From contig CM041465.1 in NCBI GenBank assembly GCA_023213395.1, positions 106,833,741 through 106,897,740 of the forward strand: a DNA stretch of 64,000 nucleotides, in the 5' to 3' direction. Position 1 is the first letter of the stretch; every line of letters starts with the position of its first letter. A program made the translations under genes and the position numbers. The notes below the pieces were generated by a model, which saw only the letters and a program-made list of their open reading frames with translations, searched no databases and was not told the DNA's origin. The stretch comes from Cycas panzhihuaensis (Eukaryota > Plantae > Cycadophyta). Of this stretch, positions 42,094-55,248 are shown piece by piece.

Positions 42094-43588
42094 GAAAATA
42101 CAATGAGCAATATATATTACTTAGAGGAAAAGTGCAAGCAAAATATTTAATAAAGTGAGCAAACAACAGATGCAATAAAGCACACGAGAGATTCAAAAGA
42201 GATTTAATAGAACAATGCAAAAGAGTCTTCCATTAACAGCTCAAATTGTATATTGTGTAACTACAACATGTTTCACTCTATATGAGCTCATTAGCGAATG
42301 ATGAGAGGTTATGGACATAATGAAGACCTATGTAGCATTCCTTTCCTCCTATCTAGTCAACTTCTAAAGAGTTGTTTGGCCAACTTAAAGTGAGTAGGAA
42401 TTACTTTATTTTCTGGCCAATTTCAAAATATATTCTAACCAACTTTGAAGATTATTCTAGTTGACTTCCATCCTCCTTTTGGCTGAGTTACTTAGCGCCA
42501 TTTGTGCCGTCTATTTATAAGGATCTTGGGCCTCTTCCTAGGGCATCCAAAGTGAATAGTGGCTGCTGCATTTTTGGCCTTTAGGGCTGCAATTTGGGAG
42601 GGAACCTTGCATCGAAGAGAAAGATAGAATCTCGTGACTTTTTCTGTAAGTTGTACATAGCATTTATTATATTCGAAATTGATATTGAAAGCTTAATTTC
42701 TCTATTCTAGTTAAGTACTCTCTTGTGTGATATCAAATATTAGATAGCTTGCATTCTTTATGTATATTACACACTATTTTCCTAGTTTTCGATAAATTTG
42801 GTTTATGGCATTGCTACAAGCGATATTAAAGGTTCGTTAAAAGGCATTCTGAAGGAGATTCAACTTTATTATAACAAAGGAAGTCAAAGTGAAAATAAGG
42901 AAATACTATCCTCCTTTTCTTTCCTTACCCCACTTCCTTTCAAATGGAACTAAGGTCAGGAAGGACTCTTTAACAAAATAAGATGGTGAATACCCTAGTA
43001 GTAACCATAGGAGACATAGATAAAAGGGTCAACCAATTGAATGATAAGATATAAAGCATGGACACACGTTTAGAAGGAATCCTAAATGACCTCAAGAATT
43101 CACTGAACAACATAAACAAGAGGTTGGACAAGATTAAAGAAGAAGGAGAAACTTGAAGACAAGATAAATCTCAGAAACACAAAGATTGTTAGGAGTCTGA
43201 AGAAGAATTCTATGAACAAAAGAACCAAAGGGACCACTAGCAAAGAAATCAAAGGGATTTTGAACCAAAAAATGGCCTCAAAGGGACAATTATTATTATT
43301 TTTTAAATGGTCTTGACAAATCAAGAGATATTCACAGTTAGATACTTTAGGTGGAAATCTACTTCCAGGCATACACCTTACATGATCAAGAGCAATTCTT
43401 AATAGCATCTCTCCTTTTATGTGACAAGGAACTTCAATGGTTCCATTGGTAGAAAAGAACATGTAAGGAGGCAATGGGCAACAATTGGCATTCCCTAAAA
43501 ATAAACCTTATAGAGCAATACAAGAACACTTGGAACATAGATTACTTCTCTCAACTCACTCAATTACAATAGACAGGTTCAGTTCAAG
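42094..43588 (+). mobile_element. 5'-truncated LTR + gag fragment of a chromovirus-like element
   Basis: TATA-like CTATTTATAAGG at ~42511. gag begins MELRSGR at ~42944 and has a QLQ*TGSVQ motif at ~43560 where it is interrupted. Confidence 0.6.
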
Positions 43589-46500
43589 TGTTGACTAAGA
43601 AATCTACTTCCTACTGCAATTCTTCACTTGTTAAGGGTTTTCCACTATAGTCTAGGGTGTGTGCAGGTGGTCAACATACATATTCTTTAGTTAATCATCC
43701 ACATAAGTCCATAATTCACATGCATTCCATAATAAGTACACATAATTATTCACATAACTCTTTTTATTTCATTAGACAATAGTCAAAATTACATCATATA
43801 AGGTCCATTCGGTCTAACTAGTCAGCGATGCAGTTAGGAGCTATTGGAATTCACTAACTCAGTTCTCACATCCATCCCAGTGAATGGATGTGATTATATA
43901 CACTATGTGTCCTTGTTGTAGAATAATTACATCTGCAGTCACAATCGTTTATTTTCTAGAATGGACGCTTGTTCAGCCCCAATTCCTTTGTTAATCCTTA
44001 ATCATTCGTTTGTTCTTATAGTTGTCCATGTGTCACCTTCATATCACAATCGTTCTCATCTACGTGTTGTGTTCCTTCTATCCAGCATACATTCCCTTTT
44101 TGTTCTGTGTGTTCTAATTGCACAATATCCGTTCCTGAGATGGAATGGACTATAATTCTGGCCTTATACTGTCCATTTCATGTCTCGAATGCACCTCAAC
44201 TAATGGTTTTATCAAATTCACTGCTAGTTCTTCATTTGTTCCTTTTCCTAAATGTATGCCATTAATTATAATTGCAACATCTATTTGGAGTCAATAAAAA
44301 TAGTTGAGCATCCATGTCCAATTTTTAAAAATTCAAAAAAAATTTGGTATACTTTCTCCTCCTCCCCTTTTTGATGTTAGGGCTACCCCTGCAGTCCTGT
44401 TGACTCAATTGCTTTCAATACATCTGCGTTAATCTGTCTAAGGGTTGCTATAATGGCATCTTTTCCTTGATTTTCTTATGTAATTTAATTATTTACCTTT
44501 TGTAGCCTTCTTCTAATTCTTGTAGTGTCTGAACTATGTATGTACCCTTCTCACATAGGGTTGGTTATGAAGAACCTTCCCCTGGCTCTAACATTGCTTG
44601 AGGGATCTTCATTTCCCACTCTAGTGGTAGCTCCTCCTTGGTGGGTTGTTCCTTGCTTCTCTTTGAGCCTCTTTTTATTGCTTATTTTTGCCAATGTGGA
44701 AATGAAGTTCCTAGTTTGTGTTGCACCCATTTTAAGACTTTAGTCATCTCTGCTTTAACCTAGCGCTTCACCTCCAAATCCTGGACATTACTTGACATGG
44801 TGTTGACCCATTTCTTTATCACCGGCTCTCCTGGTTGAATGGGTAGTGAAGGAGGATGAGTATCTGGACACTGATAGAATAGTAAGGCTAGTAAGAGAAA
44901 TGGTTGCCTGAAGGGATGACTCTATAGTTCTCCTAACTTCTGCTCAATGTTAGGAGCTAGAAACTCGCACCAATTCATTCTGACGTCGTCTCGTAGTGCT
45001 AGCAATAAGGGTATTAACCCTCCCGAAATGTAAGTGTGCTGTTTCTTTGAGAGGAATTTAGAGACTAGGATCTTGGCAGCCCATTGTAGCTTCTTATATA
45101 TAATGTCGATGATTCTGATACCTCCAGAATAGACTTGAGTGGCCAGAGTGCACAGTTCTCTCGTCCATGTCTCTCTGTCAACTTGTGATTTTCTTGTAAG
45201 TGTGGAGGTTTCTCCTTCATTGGATAACCCTATAACTTCCTAGATGGTTGTTGCATCCATCTTTATCTTTCCCTGGTTCCACTTCATGGCTATAATGATT
45301 TCTTCTATTATTTTAGGGTCCCAATACAAAGGAGGCAGAATCACAAAATCTTCCCATCTAGCTTGCTTGATCTTTACTCTAAAGTTCTCCAGCAATTCCT
45401 TGAATTCTATTTGTAACTTTGGTAGGTAAGTCTCCTGGATAATTGCAATCTTCATTATGGCAAATGTGTGTTCTTTTATTTGGATGTTTGGATGATCTGT
45501 TTCTTTGTGGGCTCCTGTCTCCTTTTGTCTGTGCATTCAAAAAATGGAATGATTCTAGGGTTTCTTCACTTATAAACTCTGTTTTTAGGTTCGTTCAGGT
45601 CGCATTCCCATTTTGGAACACATGTTATTCAGTCTATTCCCTGTTTGGGATGGTTCCTTTTCTCAGTTGTTTTCTGTCTTATCCGTTTTCTAGGAGGAAC
45701 GCATCATCTTCTAAGAGTTCTTCTAACTTGCTTACGTTCTTAATTTGGAATGCAAAGTGTATTTTGCTTGGGCTTTTATCTAGATGTATGATTTTTACGA
45801 GTTACGATTAATTTTTCTTTATTTTTTAATTTTTTTTGTCAAGATTTTTATGTTTATGTATCGGTATAGAGTCATGGTGCTGATACTAGGACAACTTTGG
45901 CTATCTCACAATTTCATGCAACACATATGGTGCATCCAGTTGACTTATACTAGAGCTAATGATGATATTTTTTCAGTCTACTACCATTGACCAAAGTGGG
46001 TAGTTTATATCTGTTCAATCACTTAGTTGAACTAATCCATTATGGTATATACTTTCCACCTGGTAAGGTCCTAACCATCTGAGTTTCAACTTTCTGGGAT
46101 GGGTGTGGAATTTGCTGTCATATAGCAATACTTGTTCCCCCTCTCTAAATTGAGGGTAACAAAGATGGCAGTCATGCCATACTTTTTGCCTCTTCTTTTT
46201 GACTTCTTGCAGCCATTCTGATTTCTATCGATCCTTATTGAGTTGGATTAGCTATCATAAACGTTCTCGTAGAGATTCAATGTCGTCTAATTGACAAGCC
46301 AGGGTAATCCTTAAATTGCGTATCTAAAATTCAATAGGGTGTATGGCTTCAACTCCATATACTAGCTTAAATAGGGTGTATCCTATGGCTTGCTTGTATG
46401 TAATACAAAATGCCCATAAAACTAACGATAGTTTTTCTGCCTAGTTAGTTCTTTCGATGTCGCATACCTTTCGTAGGTAGTTTTCTGGAATCTTATTAGA

Positions 46501-49500
46501 ACTTTCTACCTGTCCATTTGCACATGGGTAATATGGCATGGATTTATGATGTGTGATCATAAATATTTCCGTGAGTTCTTTTATCACTTCATTCAGGAAA
46601 TGAGCTCCTTGATCGTTGATTAACTCGATGGGACACCCAAACTTGGTAATAATAACTTCATACAGGAATTTGGCCATACTGGTTGAATTTGCTTTCCTTA
46701 GTGGTCATGCTTCTACCCATTTTGTGGCATAATCCATAGCTACTAGGATATAATGTGCTTGGGTTCATCTAGTTGCTGGTTTGATAGGTCTGATGAAATC
46801 AAGGCCCCATTTCTCAAATGGTACCAATGAAAGAATTAGATTTAGAGGATTGAAGTCTTGTTTATCAGGCTTTCCCACTCTTTGGCAATAATCACACCTT
46901 TTTACCTAGCTTTTTATGTCTTCAAACATGGCTGGCCACTAAAATCATACGGTTAAGATTTTTCTTTGCGTATTTTTTATCCCTGCATATCCTCCAACCA
47001 CACCCTCATGAGCTTGAGATATTACTTGATTTATTTCATGTAAGCGGATCCATCGTCATAAGATATCATCAGGTCCTAACCAATATAATTCTCCCCCAAT
47101 TAATTGATAGGGTTATGCTTTTCTTACTAAGTTTCGTCTTTGTGTTTTATCCATGGTTGGCAGACATTGCCCCATAACTAAAAATTCTATTATATCTTGA
47201 TACCATTCTACGGGGATAAATTCTATGCTGAAAAGTGTTGCATCTGAAAAATCGTCTAGGATTCCAACAATGTTTTCACCATTGCATATTCTTAAGAGTT
47301 GGTCGAGAATAATATGGGCTTTTCTCAGTTTACTATGATTCAAAAAGTAAACTATTGGAATAGCATTAACCAATGACTGATTTGCCCTCTTAGTAATGGT
47401 TAATTTACCAAATACATAAGTGCATGATAATCCACATAGAATATAAACTAGTTTGCAAGTATATATACCATCCTGAGTGCTTCTCTCTTAGTTATTGTAT
47501 AGTTATGTTCAACTTTAGTTAACTTATGGCCGATAAAGTATATAGGTCTATCTATACCCTTATCTCCTGGTTATGCCTGAACACACCCAATTACGTATTG
47601 GGAAGCATCTACGTATACATGGAATATTTTATTCTAGTTAAGAAAACGTAATACCAGAATTGACGCTATAGTGCATTTTAAGGTTTTGAATACTTTTTGT
47701 TGATCTAGGCCCCATTGCCATTCTATTTCTTTCTTCAGAAGGTCTTCTAATGGTCCTGCTATTTGTGCATAACCCTTCATAAATTTCTAGTAATACCCTA
47801 TTAATCTCATAAATCCTTTCATTTGTTTTTGATTCTGGGGTTGAGGAAAATGTAATATTATTGCAACCTTAGTTGGATCAGTCATTAGTCCTTCTTTACT
47901 TACTACATGGCAAAGGAGGTTACCAAAGGGTACCAAGAAGGTACATTTTTCTGGATTCAAACATAACTGGTTTTCTCTACAGGTTTGTAGCATTGTTCTT
48001 AAGTTTTCCATATGATTCCTCATTATTCCATATAAGGTCCTATCATCCAAGAATACCACTATTATTTCTCCAATCAATTTTTTGAATATATTTAATACTA
48101 TTCGTTGGAAAGTTGCTCGAGCATTTGTAAGGCCAAATTGCATGACATAGTATCCGTATGTTCCTCACTCAGTTATAAATGTAGTTTTGTGTTGATCTTC
48201 AAGGGTGATACTTACCTAATTGTAATTGCTAAATTAGTCTGTAAAGGAGTAAACTTCTTTTCCTCCAACAATTTCTAAAATTTCTTCTATAAAAGGAATG
48301 GGAAAGGGATCTTTTCTGATGACTTTATTCAACTGTTGAAAGCCTACACAAACTTGAATGTTTCCATTCTTTTTAGGTACAGCCATAATAGGGCTGACCC
48401 AATCACTGTATTCAATTTCGTATATATATGTTGCTTTTAACATCTTGTCAAGTTCCACTTTTACTTTTTCTTTGTATTTTAGGTTCATTCTATAAGGTCT
48501 TTACTTCACTAGTTTTGCTCCTTCAATTAAATCTATGTGGTGCATCCTAATTTCAGGAGGGATTCCCTTAAGGTCTTTATAGGACCAAGCAAAAACATCT
48601 CAGTATTCGTCGAATAGCGCTTGGGCTTCTACCACTATTTTTTCATCCCAATAAATGCCAATCATAATATTTTTAAGGTCTTCTTCTATCCCATGGTTAG
48701 TTTGAGTTGTTTTCAGCTCTCCTTGTTGCCTCTCTTCCCCCTCTGGATGAGCAAATGTATTCTCTATATCTCTTTGTTCATATCTTAATTCTGCATATTT
48801 TGCAAGTAGATTTTTGGCTTCCTCTTCTTTGTGATCGTTATCCTTTGTGTCACTAATATTTTCAATTGACATTAAATTCTTTTCTACGTTTTTACTTATA
48901 TCCCTTATGTTTTTTAATAGTTTATTTATGGTCTAGTTACTAGAAGAATAGGAAAAGGTTTGGACAAATGAATGTTCAATTTCTTCCCATGTTACTTGTC
49001 GGAGTTGTTCTTGTTTTAGGAACCATTTTTTTACTAGGGTTCCTAAGGTATGGATGAAAAAATGGACCTAATGTAGTTTGGGAATGCCCTAGTGCCTCCA
49101 TAATCTTCTACACCTAAGAAGATGCTTGTTTAGACACCCCTACTAAGAAACCTAAAATGATCAAGTTTTCAAATGAATCAAACCTTAGTCTAAAGGTTGA
49201 TTATAGGTTATTTCAAGTTTGTAAGTTATGGTGATGAGCTATGTACCACCACCAGGCGTTATCCTAAAGGGATATTACAAAATCAGTTACCCATTATTTT
49301 TTATGTATGATCTTGTATCATAACTAATATTCCATACATTGAATTAGGTGGTTTGTACCCTTCATTCTTTTCCCTAAGAATGTGGGTATTTGTTTTTCCC
49401 TCATAGACCTATCTTCTAGTATAAGTTATATGGGGTGAGCAATGTTTGCAACCTTTTGTAAGCTATCTTCTATTTCAGTATCACTAGGAGGGTTTACTAA

Positions 49501-50124
49501 AATAGAGGTTGGTAATTCCTAGGGAGAATCTTGGTTGGGGATAGGAAATTTCACCTTAAACTATTGGGTTTAGGTGGAAGGGTTTGGAAGGATATCCCTA
49601 AAGTCAGAAGGAAGATTGGTCAGATCTCCCAATTTGGCTCTGGCACTAGAGGGTGGAGTTATGGGGTCAAGAAAGGGGTGGGGGTGAGGATGGGGTGGAT
49701 AAGGGCTTGTGATCAGATTTACATAGACTTTATGTTTTATTTGAAATTTAACTTTTACTATACTATCTTCTAATGGTTTTTTAAAGTTTTTGACACACAT
49801 ATAGTCTAAATTATTATTATTTAATTTACTATCAATTGAAAAATATTTGGAAAATAAATTACAATGAAAGGAAGAGGGTTACACTTCATACGCGTTGTCT
49901 ATCCAATATCAGATCATATCATTGGTCTCGTTCTCTTCAGATGATGTATCTTACGGTAGTTCCCCATATATATCAGGTTCATATTCCCAAGCATCATTCA
50001 TATGATTGGTTTCCTCCATTGTGTGGTATACATTGGCTTCATCGAATGCAAAAGAAGTTTCTTGAGTGGCAATTATTGTACTGGATGCATCATCTGGAAT
50101 GATTTCTACTGTATATTTCTACTG
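43589..50124 (-). mobile_element. Degenerate non-chromoviral (Athila-like) Ty3/gypsy element with an extra ORF after integrase; 5' LTR missing
   Basis: gag (FFIHTLG...KWF...TWEEIEHSF) ~48940-49140, RT 47787-48488, RH ~47380-47700, INT 46000-47100 (KFGCPIELINDQGAHF, KLKLRWLGPY), sense extra ORF ~44400-45536, purine tract AAAAAGGGGGAGGAGGAG at ~44355-44372. Left end TGTTGAC at 43589. Confidence 0.82.
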
Positions 50125-50459
50125 GACACCTATTCTTGATTGTTAACTTGTTGAGAGCAAGATAGTGAGAACACATCTGATGCGACCCATCCTTCTTTTT
50201 GATCAAAATAACTAGTGATAGAAAAGGATTGGAATTAGCCACAATAGCTCCTTGTTGTAACAAATTCTTAGCAATTTGTTATATTTCCTTCTTGAAGTGG
50301 TGTGGGTGTCTGTAAGGCCAGATGTTAACTAGTGCAACTCTTAGTATTAACTGTATTGCATGCTCATTAACTCTATTGTCCTTTTGGAATATCTTGAAAG
50401 ATCTTGTTGTGTTGGTTTATGATAGCTTAGACTCAAATAGAACATCTTGTTTAGGAGAG
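50125..50459 (+). repeat. 335-bp direct repeat, copy 2
   Basis: Matches 41759-42093. Confidence 0.95.
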
Positions 50460-53213
50460 TGGATGCACGTCTACAGGATAGCTACCTAACTTAGTAGGAA
50501 TAATGAGGGCAATCAATGACACTATCAAGTGCAGATAAGAACCTACGAATAAGGCAAATACCATGCAGGGCACCCTGTGTGCTGCAGCGTGAGTTCGGGA
50601 CCTGCGGATGATACCCAGCTACCTAAAGGTGGTTCCCCACTTTAGTTAAAAAGAGAGGAGGCAGAAGACTAACCTAGGTAGATCTAGGAGAAAGGGTCCT
50701 CCTACCCTTGGATGGCTGGAAGGGAAGGGAGAGAAACCCTCAAAGGTTTCCCTATAGCAGAGGGAGACGAGTAGGGGGTAGGTAGGTGAGCAACCTACGA
50801 ATAAGATCTTCTCGGTTATCCAGCTAGGCAGAAGAAAAAACTGAGGGATGATGAAGGAAGCAGGAAAGATCAATCGATCAAGAGCTCCCCCCCCCTCGAA
50901 AGGGCAATCAAGAGAAAAGAAGGTGCTAGGACACACGCAAGTAAACTAAACCAAGGATGATAAGCCAAGAGGGCAAGGGTAAAGTTTACAAGCCAAAGGG
51001 AAAGGTTAAAAAGGAAAGCTTCCTAAAACCTTTTCCTATGATAGATATAATGTGTGAAATGTAGCGAACAAAATATAAACCAAAAGAGAGAGTCGATTTC
51101 CCTTTTCCTTTTAAATGATCTAATTACTACTGTACAAAATCTTTTAAAGAAAAGAAAGTGAAATGGAGTGAGAGCGCATACCCAGAATGGAGATGGGGTT
51201 GAAGCAGTGGCGTTCCCACAAGGTATCCAAGACCACTCCACAAAGCACAGCGAAAGAGATGGATCGCAGTAGGATGAAGTGTGGGGCTTCTTTACCTTCC
51301 CCAAAAGTGACTCTAGAGTGCCAAGAAAGGAAAAAGGAAAATGATGGTAGCAAATGAAATGCTAAAATAAAGTATAGGTAAAAGTACTTACCCGTAAGAG
51401 AGAGAGAAAGGGGTGAGTCCTTTGCGTCTTCTGTGTACCTGCAAGTAAGTGAGAGTATCCCTTTCTGGAGAAAGGGTGCTAGCAATACAAAGTAGAATCC
51501 TAACGACATATATATGTATGTAACAAGCATAAGCCTCAACACATATATGTTAACATTCAATATTACAATAGTAAACTATAATGAAAACTATCCAAATGAA
51601 TGGTGGATAAGTCGGTAAGCCTCGGAGTGGCCCACCTCCCGTAAAGAGCAATCCTACCTTCCCTCAAGAAGCCACAAGGCAGCGAGGATAGGGCTGTACA
51701 AAGGGCTGGAAGTAGAGACAACAAGAGTAGAAGGAGTCTCAAAGAGATTCCCAGCAAACCGGAGAGCTATAGGAAGCAAACCGAGTTACTAAGGACTAGG
51801 TTGAGCTAGGGACAAGTAGCCGGGGCTTATGCATGGCCCGGATAGAAGATATAGGCCTATAAACCAGTGTTGCAACATGTGCAAACACTGATTTCAGTGG
51901 CTGGAAATAGGCATCAAACCCTTAGCCCCACTCTAGGAGTAGCACAGGGATAAAGAGGAAGGTTTGGAGGGCAAGAGCCTCTTAGGGAGCGTGAGGGTGG
52001 TGTGGAATCCACCCAGCTTTATCCCAAACCTTATGCAACTCTCTTTGGCTGCTGTCCTAGGCGTGAAACACATGAAAATAAGCCTAAATAGTAGGAAGGA
52101 CAGTCCAAGACAAAGGCAAGAAATAATCTCCAAAATTAAGACAAGACAAGCTAGAAATATCCATGCAAAACTGGGCATAAACTGGGCAAAAGGAAGACTT
52201 TAAACCAATAAATACCCCTAAAGAAGATGGAAGGCATTTGCCTCTATCAAAACCTGCTAATAAAAGGTTGAGAAATCTGAAAAAAGCTGTGGAGTAGCAG
52301 GTGTGGAATCCCTACTAAGGTGGCTAAAGGAAAACCTGCACTTGAGACTGCTTGGTGGCTGCCTGGGCAAAGAAGTCCCAGAAACTCTTCAAAGAGGCCC
52401 TCTCCAAGGTGTGCAAGGGGCTGGGAAGATGTCACAGCCAAACCAAAGGAGAGCTGGGTGCTGGAGAGTAGTTGTAGGTCCTGGAACAACAGTGGAGTAG
52501 CAGGAGACAGTAGACAGTAGGGCATTTTTCCTTATGATCCTTCTAAAATGAGGCAAAAAGATCCCTAAAATGATTTAGGTAAGACTTAAATACCTAGCCC
52601 CAACCCTAATCGAGTGATTAGGGTGCGACTAGTGGTGAGTTAAGTCGCGAGACATATGGTAATTCCATAATAAATGTGAGAATTACCACGACAGATTTTA
52701 AAAAATAAATCATGACAGTCGCATCGTGGTAAACTTCCTGGTACCGTGAAATCTGCCGCAGTGTGGGACCAGAGGCCAAAACTAGCCCAGACAGCCAGCT
52801 TGGGCTATGGACCAGTGACCTAGGAGGTGCAGTGAGGCGAGCCCACGCCTTGAGAGGTAAACAAGCAGAAAAATAAGTCACATGAAGCAATAATGGGACT
52901 CAAAGGTGTAATAAGTTGACCAAATGATGATGGATCATCACATGGGTAAGGATGACGTGAGCCAAATGGGTCTTAAGGTGAGTAGGGCAAAATGTGGGAA
53001 GTGATACAGCCACCAGGGTGTCACACTGGCTAGGAATGTACCCTCGCTATAGTCGTCATAGGCTAGATAGGTGTAGATGACAACATGACCATCTATGAAA
53101 TCATAACATGCAAGCAGGTACTCATCACAAAGGAAAACAACAATAAGGTAAGAAGCATACCTGCACTTACCTAAGTCGATCACTCCATATCCATTCCCGA
53201 AAGCTGGGAAACA
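50448..53213 (-). repeat. 3' LTR of the Tat-type element (~2.77 kb)
   Basis: Begins TGTTTCCCAG right after the PPT and ends ...CTCTCCTAAACA. Non-coding. Flanking CATCT (50443-50447) is the predicted TSD. Confidence 0.7.
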
Positions 53214-53633
53214 CTGCCCCCTTGGCAGTAGAGCCTCATCACTTGGAAACATGGTGCGATGGTGAATTTTGGCAATATGACTATTAGTAGTACATATGTA
53301 TGTAGATATATAAATCAAGATCATAATAGTAGTCAAGGGTGCCGGCGAGTGTCATGGCGGAACACGTGGATATAAAGGTAGAGGTGGAGACAACATACGG
53401 GCTACCTATGTACCACCCAGGAATCAACTGGAAAACACGAAGGGTGAGGGAGGCTGCCCCCACCACAAAAGATGCAAAGAAATGTGCATAATCAAGTAGA
53501 AGAGATGAGCAAACAGAACTGGTAGTCACTATAGTTTAACCTCATCAGCGGCTAGATTTCAGAGGTGCGAATGGATCGCAAGGTGGAGCGCATGACGACC
53601 TGGGGCTTGGGTGACAGAGCAACTAGACAAGCC

Positions 53634-54065
53634 TCAGGGACGATTAGCAAGAAGTGAAAGGTGGTGCTCAAGGATAAAGCGAATGAGACTATCTACCTCA
53701 GCGTTAAGGGCCCAAGGAATGTGCTGAATGTCAACAAACTGGAAGTAAGCTAGGAGAGACCTGGCGATGGAAGTAAGGGTTCTCAGGTGAAGGCATCGCA
53801 CCTGGTAAACCTGGGTGAGATGGGACACCACAACCTAAGAGTCACAAAGCAGAATAATAGGTCCGTGATGGAAACAGAGAGCATCAGTGAGGGCCTCAAT
53901 AATAGCTGTGTATTCAACTTCATTATTGGTAGCCTCTGGGAGGAAGACCCCAGAGTGTAGGAAATCGTGTCCAGAAGGGCTACGAAGAATCCATGCAGCA
54001 ACAAAAGGTCCAGGGTTACTGCAGCTTCCGCCATCGGTAAAAATATAGAGGGACATAGCTGACAT
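53634..54065 (-). pseudogene. Additional archaeal-type RNase H (aRH / RNase HI-like) ORF, one in-frame TAG at 53835-53837
   Basis: SLYIFTDGGSCSNPGP...EATNNEVEYTAIIEAL...ILLCDS*VVVSHLTQVYQVR...IQHIPWALNAEVDSL, with all four D-E-D-D catalytic positions present. Confidence 0.9.
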
Positions 54066-54576
54066 AAAGTCCTGGTAGTAATAAATAATAATGGCATGAA
54101 ACAGAGATTCGAAAGGCAAGTAATAGGTGGCCATGAAGGGTAGGAGGACCTAGCAATAAGGCTACCCAAGGACGAGAGCAAGCAAGGCCACTACCACGAG
54201 CGGGCAGAGAAAAGGCACCCTGGAGTACCAAAGGTCGCTTTGGGAAGCAAAACATGCCCCCGGATGGGGGAGCATTCCCTTTGGAGACCCTAGGAGCATA
54301 AAAGAGCTGCGGGAATGAGTCTAGGATGGCGACATGAGCCAAACGACTATAAACTCGGGCATGCACGAGAGTGGCACATAAAACGAGATGGAAGGGCCCT
54401 ACGAAAGAGTGCAATGATGAGATGCCATAAATGCACTCATGAGAAAGAGCGAAAAGGACACCAAAGAAGTGCAACAGGAGACAGGGCTAGAAGACAAAGG
54501 TGATCAAGGAAACATGATGGTCCAAATGGCTGTCACGAGAGCAAAAATGGAGGTAGTGCCCATCGAGTCCCCCACC

Positions 54577-54583
54577 TATATAA
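54577..54583 (+). promoter_or_regulatory. Candidate TATA box for the antisense PMD gene
   Basis: CCTATATAAGG followed ~25 nt later by a pyrimidine-rich TTCATTTTCACT initiator-like stretch. Confidence 0.45.
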
Positions 54584-55248
54584 GGAAATTCGATGGAAAA
54601 CAAATTCATTTTCACTAGCTCTCGAGAGAAACCAGAGCCATTTCCTTATGCAGCAGAGCGCCACCCGACTTTGGAGGCACGCAGAGGGAGATTAAACCGT
54701 TGGATCGAAGCATGGAGATAGTCACCAAGATCATCAGATCGAGATGGCGACAACCAGGCCAGATCCAATGAGTGGATCCTATGAAACCTATCCCATTTCA
54801 AAGTTTTAGTTTAAGTGCTTTTTGTTGATTTCTATGTAGTTTTTGTGTCCTATATGGGTGAATAGTGGCCTCTCGGAGTCTGAATTGGACCCAAAAAGAG
54901 GGGGGACCTGGGCATTAGGGAGCCCTAGTCCCGGTGGGCCCCACAGGGGTCCACCCAAAGAAATTTTTATTTTTTTGGGGTAGAAACCCGCCCTTTTGGG
55001 GGGGTGTTGTTCGTACTGTGGCAAAGATCACGGTGCCGCGATCTTTGCCGTGGGGCCCCGATGGCCGCGGGACCCAAACTAAACTTTACAGTACCGCGAA
55101 GTTTAGCATAGTACGAAGGCAAATCTACAGAAAAAAGAAGATGGGGGGCCATGAGGCCTTGAATCTCGATCAAACAGGGTTGAAAGATAGCCAGAAGGAT
55201 ATAGGACTGATGTAGGCTTGACTTTGACTAGTTTTGTGGTGTTGACAG

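Noticed and set aside
50646-53529. Numerous 60-140 aa ORFs
   Set aside because: They lie in the Tat LTR / 3' UTR and show no domain signatures.
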